This document shows, one piece after another, positions 11,701 through 26,300 of a DNA stretch of 64,000 bases. The stretch comes from the human T2T-CHM13v2.0 reference genome, Homo sapiens. Numbering within the stretch: the stretch's first letter is position 1; each line of letters begins with the position of its first letter. Under the pieces are notes generated by a model. It searched no databases. It was not told where the DNA came from and saw only the letters and a program-made list of their open reading frames with translations. The position numbers and the translations under genes are program-made. The DNA is taken from NCBI RefSeq assembly GCF_009914755.1, contig NC_060935.1; one strand, 5' to 3'.

Positions 11701-14700
11701 CTGATGGAGCAGTTTTGAAACTCTCTTTCTTTGGATTCTGCAAGTGGATATGTGGACCTCTGTGAAGATTTCGTTGGAAACGGGTTCATCTTCACAGAAA
11801 AACTAAACAGGAGCATTCTCAGAAACTGCTTTGTGATGTTTGTGTTCCACTTCAGGAATTGAACTTTCCTCTTGACAGAGCAGCTCTGAAACCCTCTTTT
11901 CTAGAATCTGCAAGTGGACATTTGGAGGGCTTTGAGGCCTGTGGTGGAAAAGGAAAATCTTCACATAAAAACTAGATGGAAGCATTCTCAGAAACTACTT
12001 TGTGATGATTGCATTCGACTCACAGAGTTGAACATTCCTATAGATAGAGCAGGTTGTAAACAATCTTTTCGTAGAATCTGCGATTGGAGATTTGGACTGC
12101 TTTGAGGCCTACTGTAGTAAAGGAAATAACTTCATCTAAAAACCAAACGGAAGCATTCACAGACAATTCTTAGTGATCATTGGATTGAACTAACAGAGCT
12201 GAACATTCCTTTAGATGGAGCAGTTTCCAAACACACTTTCTGTAGAATCTGCCAGTGGATATTTTGACCTCTCTGAGGGTTTCGTTGGAAAAGGGATAAA
12301 CTTCCCAGAACTACACGGAAGCATTCTGAGAAACTTCTTTGTGATGTTTGCATTCAACTCACAGGGTTGAAACTTGCTTTCATAGTTCAGCTTTCAAACA
12401 CTCTTTTTGTAGAATCTGCAAGTGGATATTTGGACCACTTTGTGGCCTTCCTTCGAAACGGGTATATCTTCACATCAAACCTAGACAGAAGCATTCTCAG
12501 AATGTTTCCTGTGATGACTGCATTCAACTCTCAGAGGTGAACAATCCTGTTGATGGAGCAGTTTTGAAACTCTCTTTCTTTGGATTCTGCAAGTGGATAT
12601 GTGGACCTCTGTGAAGATTTCGTTGGAAACGGGTTCATCTTCACAGAAAAACTAAACAGGAGCATTCTCAGAAACTGCTTTGTGATGTTTGTGTTCCACT
12701 TCAGCAATTGAACTTTCCTCTTGACAGAGTAGCTCTGAAACCCTCTTTTTCTAGAATCTGCAAGTGGACATTTGGAGGGTTTTGAGGCCTGTGGTGGAAA
12801 AGGAAAATCTTCACATAAAAACTAGATGGAAGCATTCTCAGAAACTACTTTGTGATGATTGCATTCGACTCACAGAGTTGAACATTCCTATAGATAGAGC
12901 AGGTTGTAAACAATCTTTTTGTAGAATCTGCGATTGGAGATTTGGACTGCTTTGAGGCCTACTGTAGTAAAGGAAATAACTTCATCTAAAAACCAAACGG
13001 AAGCATTCACAGACAATTCTTAGTGATCATTTGATTGAACTAACCGAGCTGAACATTCCTTTAGATGGAGCAGTTTCCAAACACACTTTCTGTAGAATCT
13101 GCAAGTGGACATTTGGACCTCTCTGAGGGTTTCGTTGGAAACGGGATAAACTTCCCAGAACTACACGGAAGCATTCTGAGAAAATTCTTTGTGATGTTTG
13201 CATTCAACTCACAGAGTTGAACCTTGCTTTCATAGTTCAGCTTTCAAACACTCTTTTTGTAGAATCTGCAAGTGGATATTCGGACCACTTTGTGGCCTTC
13301 CTTCGAAACGGGTATATCTTCACATCAAACCTAGACAGAAGCATTCTCAGAATGTTTCCTGTGATGACTGCATTCAACTCACAGAGGTGAACAATCCTGT
13401 TGATGGAGCAGTTTTGAAACTCTCTTTCTTTGGATTCTGCAAGTGGATATGTGGACCTCTGTGAAGATTTCGTTGGAAACGGGTTCATCTTCACAGAAAA
13501 ACTAAACAGGAGCATTCTCAGAAACTGCTTTGTGATGTTTGTGTTCCACTTCAAGAATTGAACTTTCCTCTTGACAGAGCAGCTCTGAAACCCTCTTTTT
13601 CTAGAATCTGCAAGTGGACATTTGGAGGGCTTTGAGGCCTGTGGTGGAAAAGGAAAATCTTCACATAAAAACTAGATGGAAGCATTCTCAGAAACTACTT
13701 TGTGATGATTGCATTCGACCCACAGAGTTGAACATTCCTATAGATAGAGCAGGTTGTAAACAATCTTTTTGTAGAATCTGCGATTGGAGATTTGGACTGC
13801 TTTGAGGCCTACTGTAGTAAAGGAAATAACTTCATCTAAAAACCAAACGGAAGCATTCAGAGACAATTCTTAGTGATCATTGGATTGAACTAACAGAGCT
13901 GAACATTCCTTTAGATGGCGCAGATTCCAAACACACTTTTTGTAGAATCTGCAAGTGGATATTTGGACCTCTCTGAGGATTTCGTTGGAAACGGGATAAA
14001 CTTCCCAGAACTACACGAAAGCATTCTGAGAAACTTCTTTGTGATGTTTGCATTCAACTCACAGAGTTGAACCTTGCTTTCATAGTTCAGCTTTCAAACA
14101 CTCTTTTTGTAGAATCTGCAAGTGGATATTTGGACCACTTTGTGGCCTTCCTTCGAAACGGGTATATCTTCACATCAAACCTAGACAGAAGCATTCTCAG
14201 AATGTTTCCTGTGATGACTGCATTCAACTCACAGAGGTGAACCATCCTGTTGATGGGGCAGTTTTGAAACTTCCTTTCTTTGGATTCTGCAAGTGGATAT
14301 GTGGACCTCTGTGAAGATTTCGTTGGAAACGGGTTCATCTTCACAGAAAAATTAACAGGAGCATTCTCACAAACTGCTTTGTGAGGTTTGTGTTCCACTT
14401 CAGGAATTGAACTTTCCTCTTGACAGAGCAGCTCTGAAACCCTCTTTTTCTAGAATCTGCAAGTGGACATTTGGAGGGCTTTGAGGCCTGTGGTGGAAAA
14501 GGAAAATCTTCACATAAAAACTAGATGGAAGCATTCTCAGAAACTACTTTGTGATGATTGCATTCGACTCACGGAGTTGAACATTCCTATAGATAGAGCA
14601 GGTTGTAAACAATCTTTTTGTAGAATCTGCGATTGGAGATTTGGACTGCTTTGAGGCCTACTGTAGTAAAGGAAATAACTTCATTTAAAAACCAAACGGA

Positions 14701-17700
14701 AGCATTCACAGACAATTCTTAGTGATCATTGGATTGAACTAACAGAGCTGAACATTCCTTTAGATGGCGCAGTTTCCAAACACACTTTCTGTAGAATCTG
14801 CAAGGGGATATTTGGACCTCTCTGAGGATTTCGTTGGAAACGGGATAAACTTCCCAGAACTACACGGAAGCATTCTGAGAAACTTCTTTGTGATGTTTGC
14901 ATTCAACTCACAGAGTTGAACCTTGCTTTCATAGTTCAGCTTTCAAACACTCTTTTTGTAGAATCTGCAATTAGATATTTGGACCACTTTGTGGCCTTCC
15001 TTCGAAACGGGTATATCTTCACATCAAACCTAGACAGAAGCATTCTCAGAATGTTTCCTGTGATGGCTGCATTCATCTCACAGAGGTGAACAATCCTGTT
15101 GATGGAGCAGTTTTGAAACTCTCTTTCTTTGGATTCTGCAAGTGGATATGTGGACCTCTGTGAAGATTTCGTTGGAAACGGGTTCATCTTCACAGAAAAA
15201 CTAAACAGGAGCATTCTCAGAAACTGCTTTGTGATGTTTGTGTTCCACTTCAAGAATTGAACTTTCCTCTTGACAGAGCAGCTCTGAAACCCTCTTTTTC
15301 TAGAATCTGCAAGTGGACATTTGGAGGGCTTTGAGGCCTGTGGTGGAAAAGGAAAATCTTCACATAAAAACTAGATGGAAGCATTCTCAGAAACTACTTT
15401 GTGATGATTGCATTCGACTCACAGAGTTGAACATTCCTATAGATAGAGCAGGTTGTAAACAATCTTTTTGTAGAATCTGCGATTGGAGATTTGGACTGCT
15501 TTGAGGCCTACTGTAGTAAAGGAAATAACTTCATCTAAAAACCAAACGGAAGCATTCACAGACAATTCTTAGTGATCATTGGATTGAACTAACAGAGCTG
15601 AACATTCCTTTAGATGGAGCAGTTTCCAAACACACTTTCTGTAGAATCTGCAAGTGGTTATTTGGACCTCTCTGAGGATTTCGTTGGAAACGGGATAAAC
15701 TTCCCAGAACTACACGGAAGCATTCTGAGAATGTTCTTTGTGATGTTTGCATTCAACTCACAGAGTTGAACATGGCTTTCATATTTCAGCTTTCAAACAC
15801 TCTTTTTGTAGAATCTGCAAGTGGATATTTGGACCACTTTGTGGCCTTCCTTCGAAACGGGTATATCTTCACATCAAACCTAGACAGAAGCATTCTCAGA
15901 ATGTTTCCTGTGATGACTGCATTCAACTCACAGAGGTGAAAAATCCTGTTGATGGAGCAGTTTTGAAACTCTCTTTCTTTGGATTCTGCAAGTGGATATG
16001 TGGACCTCTGTGAAGATTTCGTTGGAAACGGGTTCATCTTCACAGAAAAACTAAACAGGAGCATTCTCAGAAACTGCTTTGTGATGTTTGTGTTCCACTT
16101 CAAGAATTGAACTTTCCTCTTGACAGAGCAGCTCTGAAACCCTCTTTTTCTAGAATCTGCAAGTGGACATTTGGAGGGCTTTGAGGCCTGTGGTGGAAAA
16201 GGAAAATCTTCACATAAAAACTAGATGGAAGCATTCTCAGAAACTACTTTGTGATGATTGCATTCGACTCACAGAGTTGAACATTCCTATAGATAGAGCA
16301 GGTTGTAAACAATCTTTTTGTAGAATCTGCGATTGGAGATTTGGACTGCTTTGAGGCCTACTGTAGTAAAGGAAATAACTTCATCTAAAAACCAAACGGA
16401 AGCATTCACAGACAATTCTTAGTGATCATTGGATTGAACTAACAGAGCTGAACATTCCTTTAGATGGCGCAGTTTCCAAACACACTTTCTGTAGAATCTG
16501 CAAGTGGATATTTGGACCTCTCTGAGGATTTCGTTGGAAACGGGATATACTTCCCAGAACTACACGGAAGCATTCTGAGAAACTTCTTTGTGATGTTTGC
16601 ATTCAACTCACAGAGTTGAACCTTGCTTTCATAGTTCAGCTTTCAAACACTCTTTTTGTAGAATCTGCAAGTGGATATTTGGACCACTTTGTGGCCTTCC
16701 TTCGAAACGGGTATATCTTCACATCAAAGCTAGACAGAAGCATTCTCAGAATGTTTCCTGTGATGACTGCATTCAACTCACAGAGGTGAACAATCCTGCT
16801 GATGGAGCAGTTTTGAAACTCTCTTTCTTTGGATTCTGCAAGTGGATATGTGGACCTCTGTGAAGATTTCGTTGGAAAAGTGTTCATCTTCACAGAAAAA
16901 CTAAACAGGAGCATTCTCAGAAACTGCTTTGTGATGTTTGTGTTCCACTTCAGGAATTGAACTTTCCTCTTGACAGAGCAGCTCTGAAACCCTCTTTTTC
17001 TAGAATCTGCAAGTGGACATTTGGAGGGCTTTGAGGCCTGTGGTGGAAAACGAAAATCTTCACATAAAAACTAGATGGAAGCATTCTCAGAAACTACTTT
17101 GTGATGATTGCATTCGACTCACAGAGTTGAACATTCCTATAGAGAGAGCAGGTTGTAAACAATCTTTTTGTAGAATCTGCGATTGGAGATTTGGACTGCT
17201 TTGAGGCCTACTGTAGTAAAGGAAATAACTTCATTTAAAAACCAAACGGAAGCATTCACAGACAATTCTTAGTGATCATTGGATTGAACTAACAGAGCTG
17301 AACATTCCTTTAGATGGCGCAGTTTCCAAACACACTTTCTGTAGAATCTGCAAGTGGATATTTGGACCTCTCTGAGGATTTCGTTGGAAACGGGATAAAC
17401 TTCCCAGAACTACACGGAAGCATTCTGAGAAACTTCTTTGTGATGTTTGCATTCAACTCACAGAGTTGAACCTTGCTTTCATAGTTCAGCTTTCAAACCC
17501 TCTTTTTGTAGAATCTGCAAGTGGATATTTGGACCACTTTGTGGCCTTCCTTCGAAACGGGTATATCTTCACATCAAACCTAGACAGAAGCATTCTCAGA
17601 ATGTTTCCTGTGATGACTGCATTCAACTCACAGAGGTGAACAATCCTGTTGATGGAGCAGTTTTGAAACTGTCTTTCTTTGGATTCTGCAAGTGGATATG

Positions 17701-19393
17701 TGGACCTCTGTGAAGATTTCGTTGGAAACGGGTTCATCTTCACAGAAAAACTAAACAGGAGCATTCTCAGAAACTGCTTTGTGATGTTTGTGTTCCACTT
17801 CAGGAATTGAACTTTCCTCTTGACAGAGCAGCTCTGAAACCCTCTTTTTCTAGAATCTGCAAGTGGACATTTGGAGGGCTTTGAGTCCTGTGGTGGAAAA
17901 GGAAAATCTTCACATAAAAACTAGATGGAAGCATTCTCAGAAACTACTTTGTGATGATTGCATTCGACTCACAGAGTTGAACATTCCTATAGATAGAGCA
18001 GGTTGTAAACAATCTTTTTGTAGAATCTGCGATTGGAGATTTGGACTGCTTTGAGGCCTACTGTAGTAAAGGAAATAACTTCATCTAAAAACCAAACGGA
18101 AGCATTCACAGACAATTCTTAGTGATCATTGGATTGAACTAACAGAGCTGAACATTCCTTTAGATGGCGCAGTTTCCAAACACACTTTCTGTAGAATCTG
18201 CAAGTGGACATTTGGACCTCTCTGAGGATTTCGTTGGAAACGGGATAAACTTCCCAGAACTACACGGAAGCATTCTGAGAAACTTCTTTGTGATGTTTGC
18301 ATTCAACTCACAGAGTTGAACATGGTTTCATAGTTCAGCTTTCAAACACTCTTTTTGTAGAATCTGCAAGTGGATATTTGGACCACTTTGTGGCCTTCCT
18401 TCGAAACGGGTATATCTTCACATCAAACCTAGACAGAAGCATTCTCAGAATGTTTCCTGTGATGACTGCATTCAACTCACAGAGGTGAACAATCCTGCTG
18501 ATGGAGCAGTTTTGAAACTCTCTTTCTTTGGATTCTGCAAGTGGATATGTGGACCTCTGTGAAGATTTCGTTGGAAACGGGTTCATCTTCACAGAAAAAC
18601 TAAACAGGAGCATTCTCAGAAACTGCTTTGTGATGTTTGTGTTCCACTTCAGGAATTGAACTTTCCTCTTGACAGAGCAGCTCTGAAACCCTCTTTTCTA
18701 GAATCTGCAAGTGGACATTTGGAGGGCTTTGAGGCCTGTGGTGGAAAAGGAAAATCTTCACATAAAAACTAGATGGAAGCATTCTCAGAAACTACTTTGT
18801 GATGATTGCATTCGACTCACAGAGTTGAACATTCCTATAGATAGAGCAGGTTGTAAACAATCTTTTCGTAGAATCTGCGATTGGAGATTTGGACTGCTTT
18901 GAGGCCTACTGTAGTAAAGGAAATAACTTCATCTAAAAACCAAACGGAAGCATTCACAGACAATTCTTAGTGATCATTGGATTGAACTAACAGAGCTGAA
19001 CATTCCTTTAGATGGAGCAGTTTCCAAACACACTTTCTGTAGAATCTGCCAGTGGATATTTTGACCTCTCTGAGGGTTTCGTTGGAAAAGGGATAAACTT
19101 CCCAGAACTACACGGAAGCATTCTGAGAAACTTCTTTGTGATGTTTGCATTCAACTCACAGGGTTGAAACTTGCTTTCATAGTTCAGCTTTCAAACACTC
19201 TTTTTGTAGAATCTGCAAGTGGATATTTGGACCACTTTGTGGCCTTCCTTCGAAACGGGTATATCTTCACATCAAACCTAGACAGAAGCATTCTCAGAAT
19301 GTTTCCTGTGATGACTGCATTCAACTCTCAGAGGTGAACAATCCTGTTGATGGAGCAGTTTTGAAACTCTCTTTCTTTGGATTCTGCAAGTGG
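5796..19393 (+). repeat. Tandem duplication of 8 HORs (6,797-bp period)
   Basis: Haplotype order F-G-H-I-J-K-L-M repeats with a constant offset of 6797 (5967->12764, 6817->13614, 11914->18711), including three 1-bp deletions. Confidence 0.95.
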
Positions 19394-20395
19394 GTATGTG
19401 GACCTCTGTGAAGATTTCGTTGGAAACGGGTTCATCTTCACAGAAAAACTAAACAGGAGGATTCTCAGAAACTGCTTTGTGATGTTTGTGTTCCACTTCA
19501 GGAATTGAACTTTCCTCTTGACAGAGCAGCTCTGAAACCCTCTTTTTCTAGAATCTGCAAGTGGACATTTGGAGGGCTTTGAGGCCTGTGGTGGAAAAGG
19601 AAAATCTTCACATAAAAACTAGATGGAATCATTCTCAGAAACTACTTTGTGATGATTGCATTCGACTCACAGAGTTGAACATTCCTATAGATAGAGCAGG
19701 TTGTAAACAATCTTTTTGTAGAATCTGCGATTGGAGATTTGGACTGCTTTGAGGCCTACTGTAGTAAAGGAAAGAACTTCATCTAAAAACCAAACGGAAG
19801 CATTCACAGACAATTCTTAGTGATCATTGGATTGAACTAACAGAGCTGAACATTCCTTTAGATGGAGCAGTTTCCAAACGCACTTTCTGTAGAATCTGCA
19901 AGTGGATATTTGGACCTCTCTGAGGATTTCGTTGGAAACGGGATAAAATTCCCAGAACTACACGGAAGCATTCTGAGAAACTTCTTTGTGATGTTTGCAT
20001 TCAACTCACAGAGTTGAACATGGTTTCATAGTTCAGCTTTCAAACACTCTTTTTGTAGAATCTGCAAGTGGATATTTGGACCACTTTGTGGCCTTCCTTC
20101 GAAACGGGTATATCTTCACATCAAACCTAGACAGAAGCATTCTCAGAATGTTTCCTGTGATGACTGCATTCAACTCACAGAGGTGAACAATCCTGCTGAT
20201 GGAGCAGTTTTGAAACTCTCTTTCTTTGGATTCTGCAAGTGGATATGTGGACCTCTGTGAAGATTTCGTTGGAAACGGGTTCATCTTCACAGAAAAACTA
20301 AACAGGAGCATTCTCAGAAACTGCTTTGTGATGTTTGTGTTCCACTTCAAGAATTGAACTTTCCTCTTGACAGAGCAGCTCTGAAACCCTCTTTT

Positions 20396-23300
20396 TCTAG
20401 AATCTGCAAGTGGACATTTGGAGGGCTTTGAGGCCTGTGGTGGAAAAGGAAAATCTTCACATAAAAACTAGATGGAAGCATTCTCAGAAACTACTTTGTG
20501 ATGATTGCATTCGACTCACAGAGTTGAACATTCCTATAGATAGAGCAGGTTTTACACAATCTTTTTGTAGAATCTGCGATTGGAGATTTGGACTGCTTTG
20601 AGGCCTACTGTAGTAAAGGAAATAACTTCATCTAAAAACCAAACGGAAGCATTCACAGACAATTCTTAGTGATCATCGGATTGAAATAACAGAGCTGAAC
20701 ATTCCTTTAGATGGAGCAGTTTCCAAACACACTTTCTGTAGAATCTCCAAGTGGATATTTGGACCTCTCTGAGGATTTCGTTGGAAACGGGCTAAACTTC
20801 CCAGAACTACACGGAAGCATTCTGAGAAACTTCTTTGTGATGTTTGCATTCAAATCACAGAGTTGAACCTTGCTTTCATAGTTCAGCTTTCAAACACTCT
20901 TTTTGTAGAATCTGCAAGTGGATATTTGGACCACTTTGTGGCCTTCCTTCGAAACGGTTATATCTTCACATCAAACCTAGACAGAAGCATTCTCAGAATG
21001 TTTCCTGTGATGACTGCATTCAACTCACTGATGTGAACAATCCTGTTGATGGAGCAGTTTTGAAACTCTCTTTCTTTGGATTCTGCAAGTGGATATGTGG
21101 ACCTCTGTGAAGATTTTGTTGGAAACGGGTTCATCTTCACAGAAAAACTAAACAGGAGCATTCTCAGAAACTGCTTTGTGATGTTTGTGTTCCACTTCAG
21201 GAATTGAACTTTCCTCTTGATAGAGCAGCTCTGAAACCCTCTTTTTCTAGAATCTGCAAGTGGACATTTGGAGGGCTTTGAGGCCTGTGGTGGAAAAGGA
21301 AAATCTTCACATAAAAACTAGATGGAAGCATTCTCAGAAACTACTTTGTGATGATTGCATTCGACTCACAGAGTTGAACATTCCTATAGATAGAGCAGGT
21401 TGTAAACAATCTTTTTGTAGAATCTGCGATTGGAGATTTGGACTGCTTTGAGGCCTACTGTAGTAAAGGAAATAACTTCATCTAAAAACCAAACGGAAAC
21501 ATTCACGGACAATTCTTAGTGATCATTGGATTGAACTAACAGAGCTGAACATTCCTTTAGATGGCGCAGTTTCCAAACACACTTTCTGTAGAATCTGCAA
21601 GTGGATATTTGGACCTCTCTGAGGATTTCGTTGGAAACGGGATAAACTTCCCTGAACTACACGGAAGCATTCTGAGAAACTTCTTTGTGATGTTTGCATT
21701 CAACTCACAGAGTTGAACCTTGCTTTCATAGTTCAGCTTTCAAACACTCTTTTTGTAGAATCTGCAAGTGGATATTTGGACCACTTTGTGGCCTTCCTTC
21801 GAAACGGGTATACCTTCACATCAAACCTAGACAGAAGCATTCTCAGAATGTTTCCTGTGATGACTGCATTCAACTCACAGAGGTGAACAATCCTGCTGAT
21901 GGAGCAGTTTTGAAACTCTCTTTCTTTGGATTCTGCAAGTGGATATGTGGACCTCTGTGAAGATTTCGTTGGAAACGGGTTCATCTTCACATAAAAACTA
22001 AACAGGAGCATTCTCAGAAACTGCTTTGTGATGTTTGTGTTCCACTTCAGGAATTGAACTTTCCTCTTGACAGAGCAGCTCTGAAACCCTCTTTTTCTAG
22101 AATCTGCAAGTGGACATTTGGAGGGCTTTGAGGCCTGTGGTGGAAAAGGAAAATCTTCACATAAAAACTAGATGGAAGCATTCTCACAAACTACTTTGTG
22201 ATGATTGCATTCGACTCACAGAGTTGAACATTCCTATAGATAGAGCAGGTTGTAAACAATCTTTTTGTAGAATCTGCGATTGGAGATTTGGACTGCTTTG
22301 AGGCCTACTGTAGTAAAGGAAATAACTTCATCTAAAAACCAAACGGAAGCATTCAAAGACAATTCTTAGTGATCATTGGATTGAACTAACAGAGCTGAAC
22401 ATTCCTTTAGATGGCGCAGTTTCCAAACACACTTTCTGTAGAATCTGCCACTGGATATTTGGACCTCTCTGAGGATTTCGTTGGAAATGGGATAAACATC
22501 CCAGAACTACACGGAAGCATTCTGAGAAACTTCTTTGTGATGTTTGCATTCAACTCACAGAGTTGAACCTTGCTTTCATAGTTCAGCTTTCAAACACTCT
22601 TTTTGTAGAATCTGCAAGTGGATATTTGGACCACTTTGTGGCCTTCCTTCGAAACGGGTATATCTTCACATCAAACCTAGACAGAAGCATTCTCAGAATG
22701 TTTCCTGTGATGACTGCATTCAACTCACAGAGGTGAACAATCCTGCTGATGGAGCAGTTTTGAAACTCTCTTTCTTTGGATTCTGCAAGTGGATATGTGG
22801 ACCTCTGTGAAGATTTCGTTGGAAACGGGTTCATCTTCACAGAAAAACTAAACAGGAGCATTCTCAGAAACTGCTTTGTGATGTTTGTGTTCCACTTCAG
22901 GAATTGAACTTTCCTCTTGACAGTGCAGCTCTGAAACCCTCTTTTTCTAGAATCTGCAAGTGGACATTTGGAGGGCTTTGAGGCCTGTGGTGGAAAAGGA
23001 AAATCTTCACATAAAAACTAGATGGAAGCATTCTCAGAAACTACTTTGTGATGATTGCATTCGACTCACAGAGTTGAACATTCCTATAGATAGAGCAGGT
23101 TGTAAACAATCTTTTTGTAGAATCTGCGATTGGAGATTTGGACTGCTTTGAGGCCTACTGTAGTAAAGGAAATAACTTCATCTAAAAACCAAACAGAAGC
23201 ATTCACAGACAATTCTTAGTGATCATTGGATTGAACTAACAGAGCTGAACATTCCTTTAGATGGCGCAGATTCCAAACACACTTTCTGTAGAATCTGCAA

Positions 23301-26300
23301 GTGGATATTTGGACCTCTCTGAGGATTTCGTTGGAAACGGGATAAACTTCCCAGAACTACACGAAAGCATTCTGAGAAACTTCTTTGTGATGTTTGCATT
23401 CAACTCACAGACTTGAACCTTGCTTTCATAGTTCAGCTTTCAAATACTCTTTTTGTAGAATCTGCAAGTGGATATTTGGACCACTTTGTGGCCTTCCTTC
23501 GAAACGGGTATATCTTCACATCAAACCTAGACAGAAGCATTCTCAGAATGTTTCCTGTGATGACTGCATTCAACTCACAGAGGTGAACCATCCTGTTGAT
23601 GGGGCAGTTTTGAAACTTCCTTTCTTTGGATTCTGCAAGTGGATATGTGGACCTCTGTGAAGATTTCGTTGGAAACGGGTTCATCTTCACAGAAAAATTA
23701 ACAGGAGCATTCTCACAAACTGCTTTGTGAGGTTTGTGTTCCACTTCAGGAATTGAACTTTCCTCTTGACAGAGCAGCTCTGAAACCCTCTTTTTCTAGA
23801 ATCTGCAAGTGGACATTTGGAGGGCTTTGAGGCCTGTGGTGGAAAAGGAAAATCTTCACATAAAAACTAGATGGAAGCATTCTCAGAAACTACTTTGTGA
23901 TGATTGCATTCGACTCACAGAGTTGAACATTCCTATAGATAGAGCAGGTTGTAAACAATCTTTTTGTAGAATCTGCGATTGGAGATTTGGACTGCTTTGA
24001 GGCCTACTGTAGTAAAGGAAATAACTTCATTTAAAAACCAAACGGAAGCATTCACAGACAATTCTTAGTGATCATTGGATTGAACTAACAGAGCTGAACA
24101 TTCCTTTAGATGGCGCAGTTTCCAAACACACTTTCTGTAGAATCTGCAAGGGGATATTTGGACCTCTCTGAGGATTTCGTTGGAAACGGGATAAACTTCC
24201 CAGAACTACACGGAAGCATTCTGAGAAACTTCTTTGTGATGTTTGCATTCAACTCACAGAGTTGAACCTTGCTTTCATAGTTCAGCTTTCAAACACTCTT
24301 TTTGTAGAATCTGCAAGTAGATATTTGGACCACTTTGTGGCCTTCCTTCGAAACGGGTATATCTTCACATCAAACCTAGACAGAAGCATTCTCAGAATGT
24401 TTCCTGTGATGGCTGCATTCAGCTCACAGAGGTGAACAATCCTGTTGATGGAGCAGTTTTGAAACTCTCTTTCTTTAGATTCTGCATGTGGATATGTGGA
24501 CCTCTGTGAAGATTTCGTTGGAAACGGGTTCATCTTCACAGAAAAACTAAACAGGAGCATTCTCAGAAACTGCTTTGTGATGTTTGTGTTCCACTTCAGC
24601 AATTGAACTTTCCTCTTGACAGAGTAGCTCTGAAACCCTCTTTTTCTAGAATCTGCAAGTGGACATTTGGAGGGTTTTGAGGCCTGTGGTGGAAAAGGAA
24701 AATCTTCACATAAAAACTAGATGGAAGCATTCTCAGAAACTACTTTGTGATGATTGCATTCGACTCACAGAGTTGAACATTCCTATAGATAGAGCAGGTT
24801 GTAAACAATCTTTTTGTAGAATCTGCGATTGGAGATTTGGACTGCTTTGAGGCCTACTGTAGTAAAGGAAATAACTTCATCTAAAAACCAAACGGAAGCA
24901 TTCACAGACAATTCTTAGTGATCATTTGATTGAACTAACCGAGCTGAACATTCCTTTAGATGGAGCAGTTTCCAAACACACTTTCTGTAGAATCTGCAAG
25001 TGGACATTTGGACCTCTCTGAGGGTTTCGTTGGAAACGGGATAAACTTCCCAGAACTACACGGAAGCATTCTGAGAAAATTCTTTGTGATGTTTGCATTC
25101 AACTCACAGAGTTGAACCTTGCTTTCATAGTTCAGCTTTCAAACACTCTTTTTGTAGAATCTGCAAGTGGATATTCGGACCACTTTGTGGCCTTCCTTCG
25201 AAACGGGTATATCTTCACATCAAACCTAGACAGAAGCATTCTCAGAATGTTTCCTGTGATGACTGCATTCAACTCACAGAGGTGAACAATCCTGTTGATG
25301 GAGCAGTTTTGAAACTCTCTTTCTTTGGATTCTGCAAGTGGATATGTGGACCTCTGTGAAGATTTCGTTGGAAACGGGTTCATCTTCACAGAAAAACTAA
25401 ACAGGAGCATTCTCAGAAACTGCTTTGTGATGTTTGTGTTCCACTTCAAGAATTGAACTTTCCTCTTGACAGAGCAGCTCTGAAACCCTCTTTTTCTAGA
25501 ATCTGCAAGTGGACATTTGGAGGGCTTTGAGGCCTGTGGTGGAAAAGGAAAATCTTCACATAAAAACTAGATGGAAGCATTCTCAGAAACTACTTTGTGA
25601 TGATTGCATTCGACCCACAGAGTTGAACATTCCTATAGATAGAGCAGGTTGTAAACAATCTTTTTGTAGAATCTGCGATTGGAGATTTGGACTGCTTTGA
25701 GGCCTACTGTAGTAAAGGAAATAACTTCATCTAAAAACCAAACGGAAGCATTCAGAGACAATTCTTAGTGATCATTGGATTGAACTAACAGAGCTGAACA
25801 TTCCTTTAGATGGCGCAGATTCCAAACACACTTTTTGTAGAATCTGCAAGTGGATATTTGGACCTCTCTGAGGATTTCGTTGGAAACGGGATAAACTTCC
25901 CAGAACTACACGAAAGCATTCTGAGAAACTTCTTTGTGATGTTTGCATTCAACTCACAGAGTTGAACCTTGCTTTCATAGTTCAGCTTTCAAACACTCTT
26001 TTTGTAGAATCTGCAAGTGGATATTTGGACCACTTTGTGGCCTTCCTTCGAAACGGGTATATCTTCACATCAAACCTAGACAGAAGCATTCTCAGAATGT
26101 TTCCTGTGATGACTGCATTCAACTCACAGAGGTGAACCATCCTGTTGATGGGGCAGTTTTGAAACTTCCTTTCTTTGGATTCTGCAAGTGGATATGTGGA
26201 CCTCTGTGAAGATTTCGTTGGAAACGGGTTCATCTTCACAGAAAAATTAACAGGAGCATTCTCACAAACTGCTTTGTGAGGTTTGTGTTCCACTTCAGGA

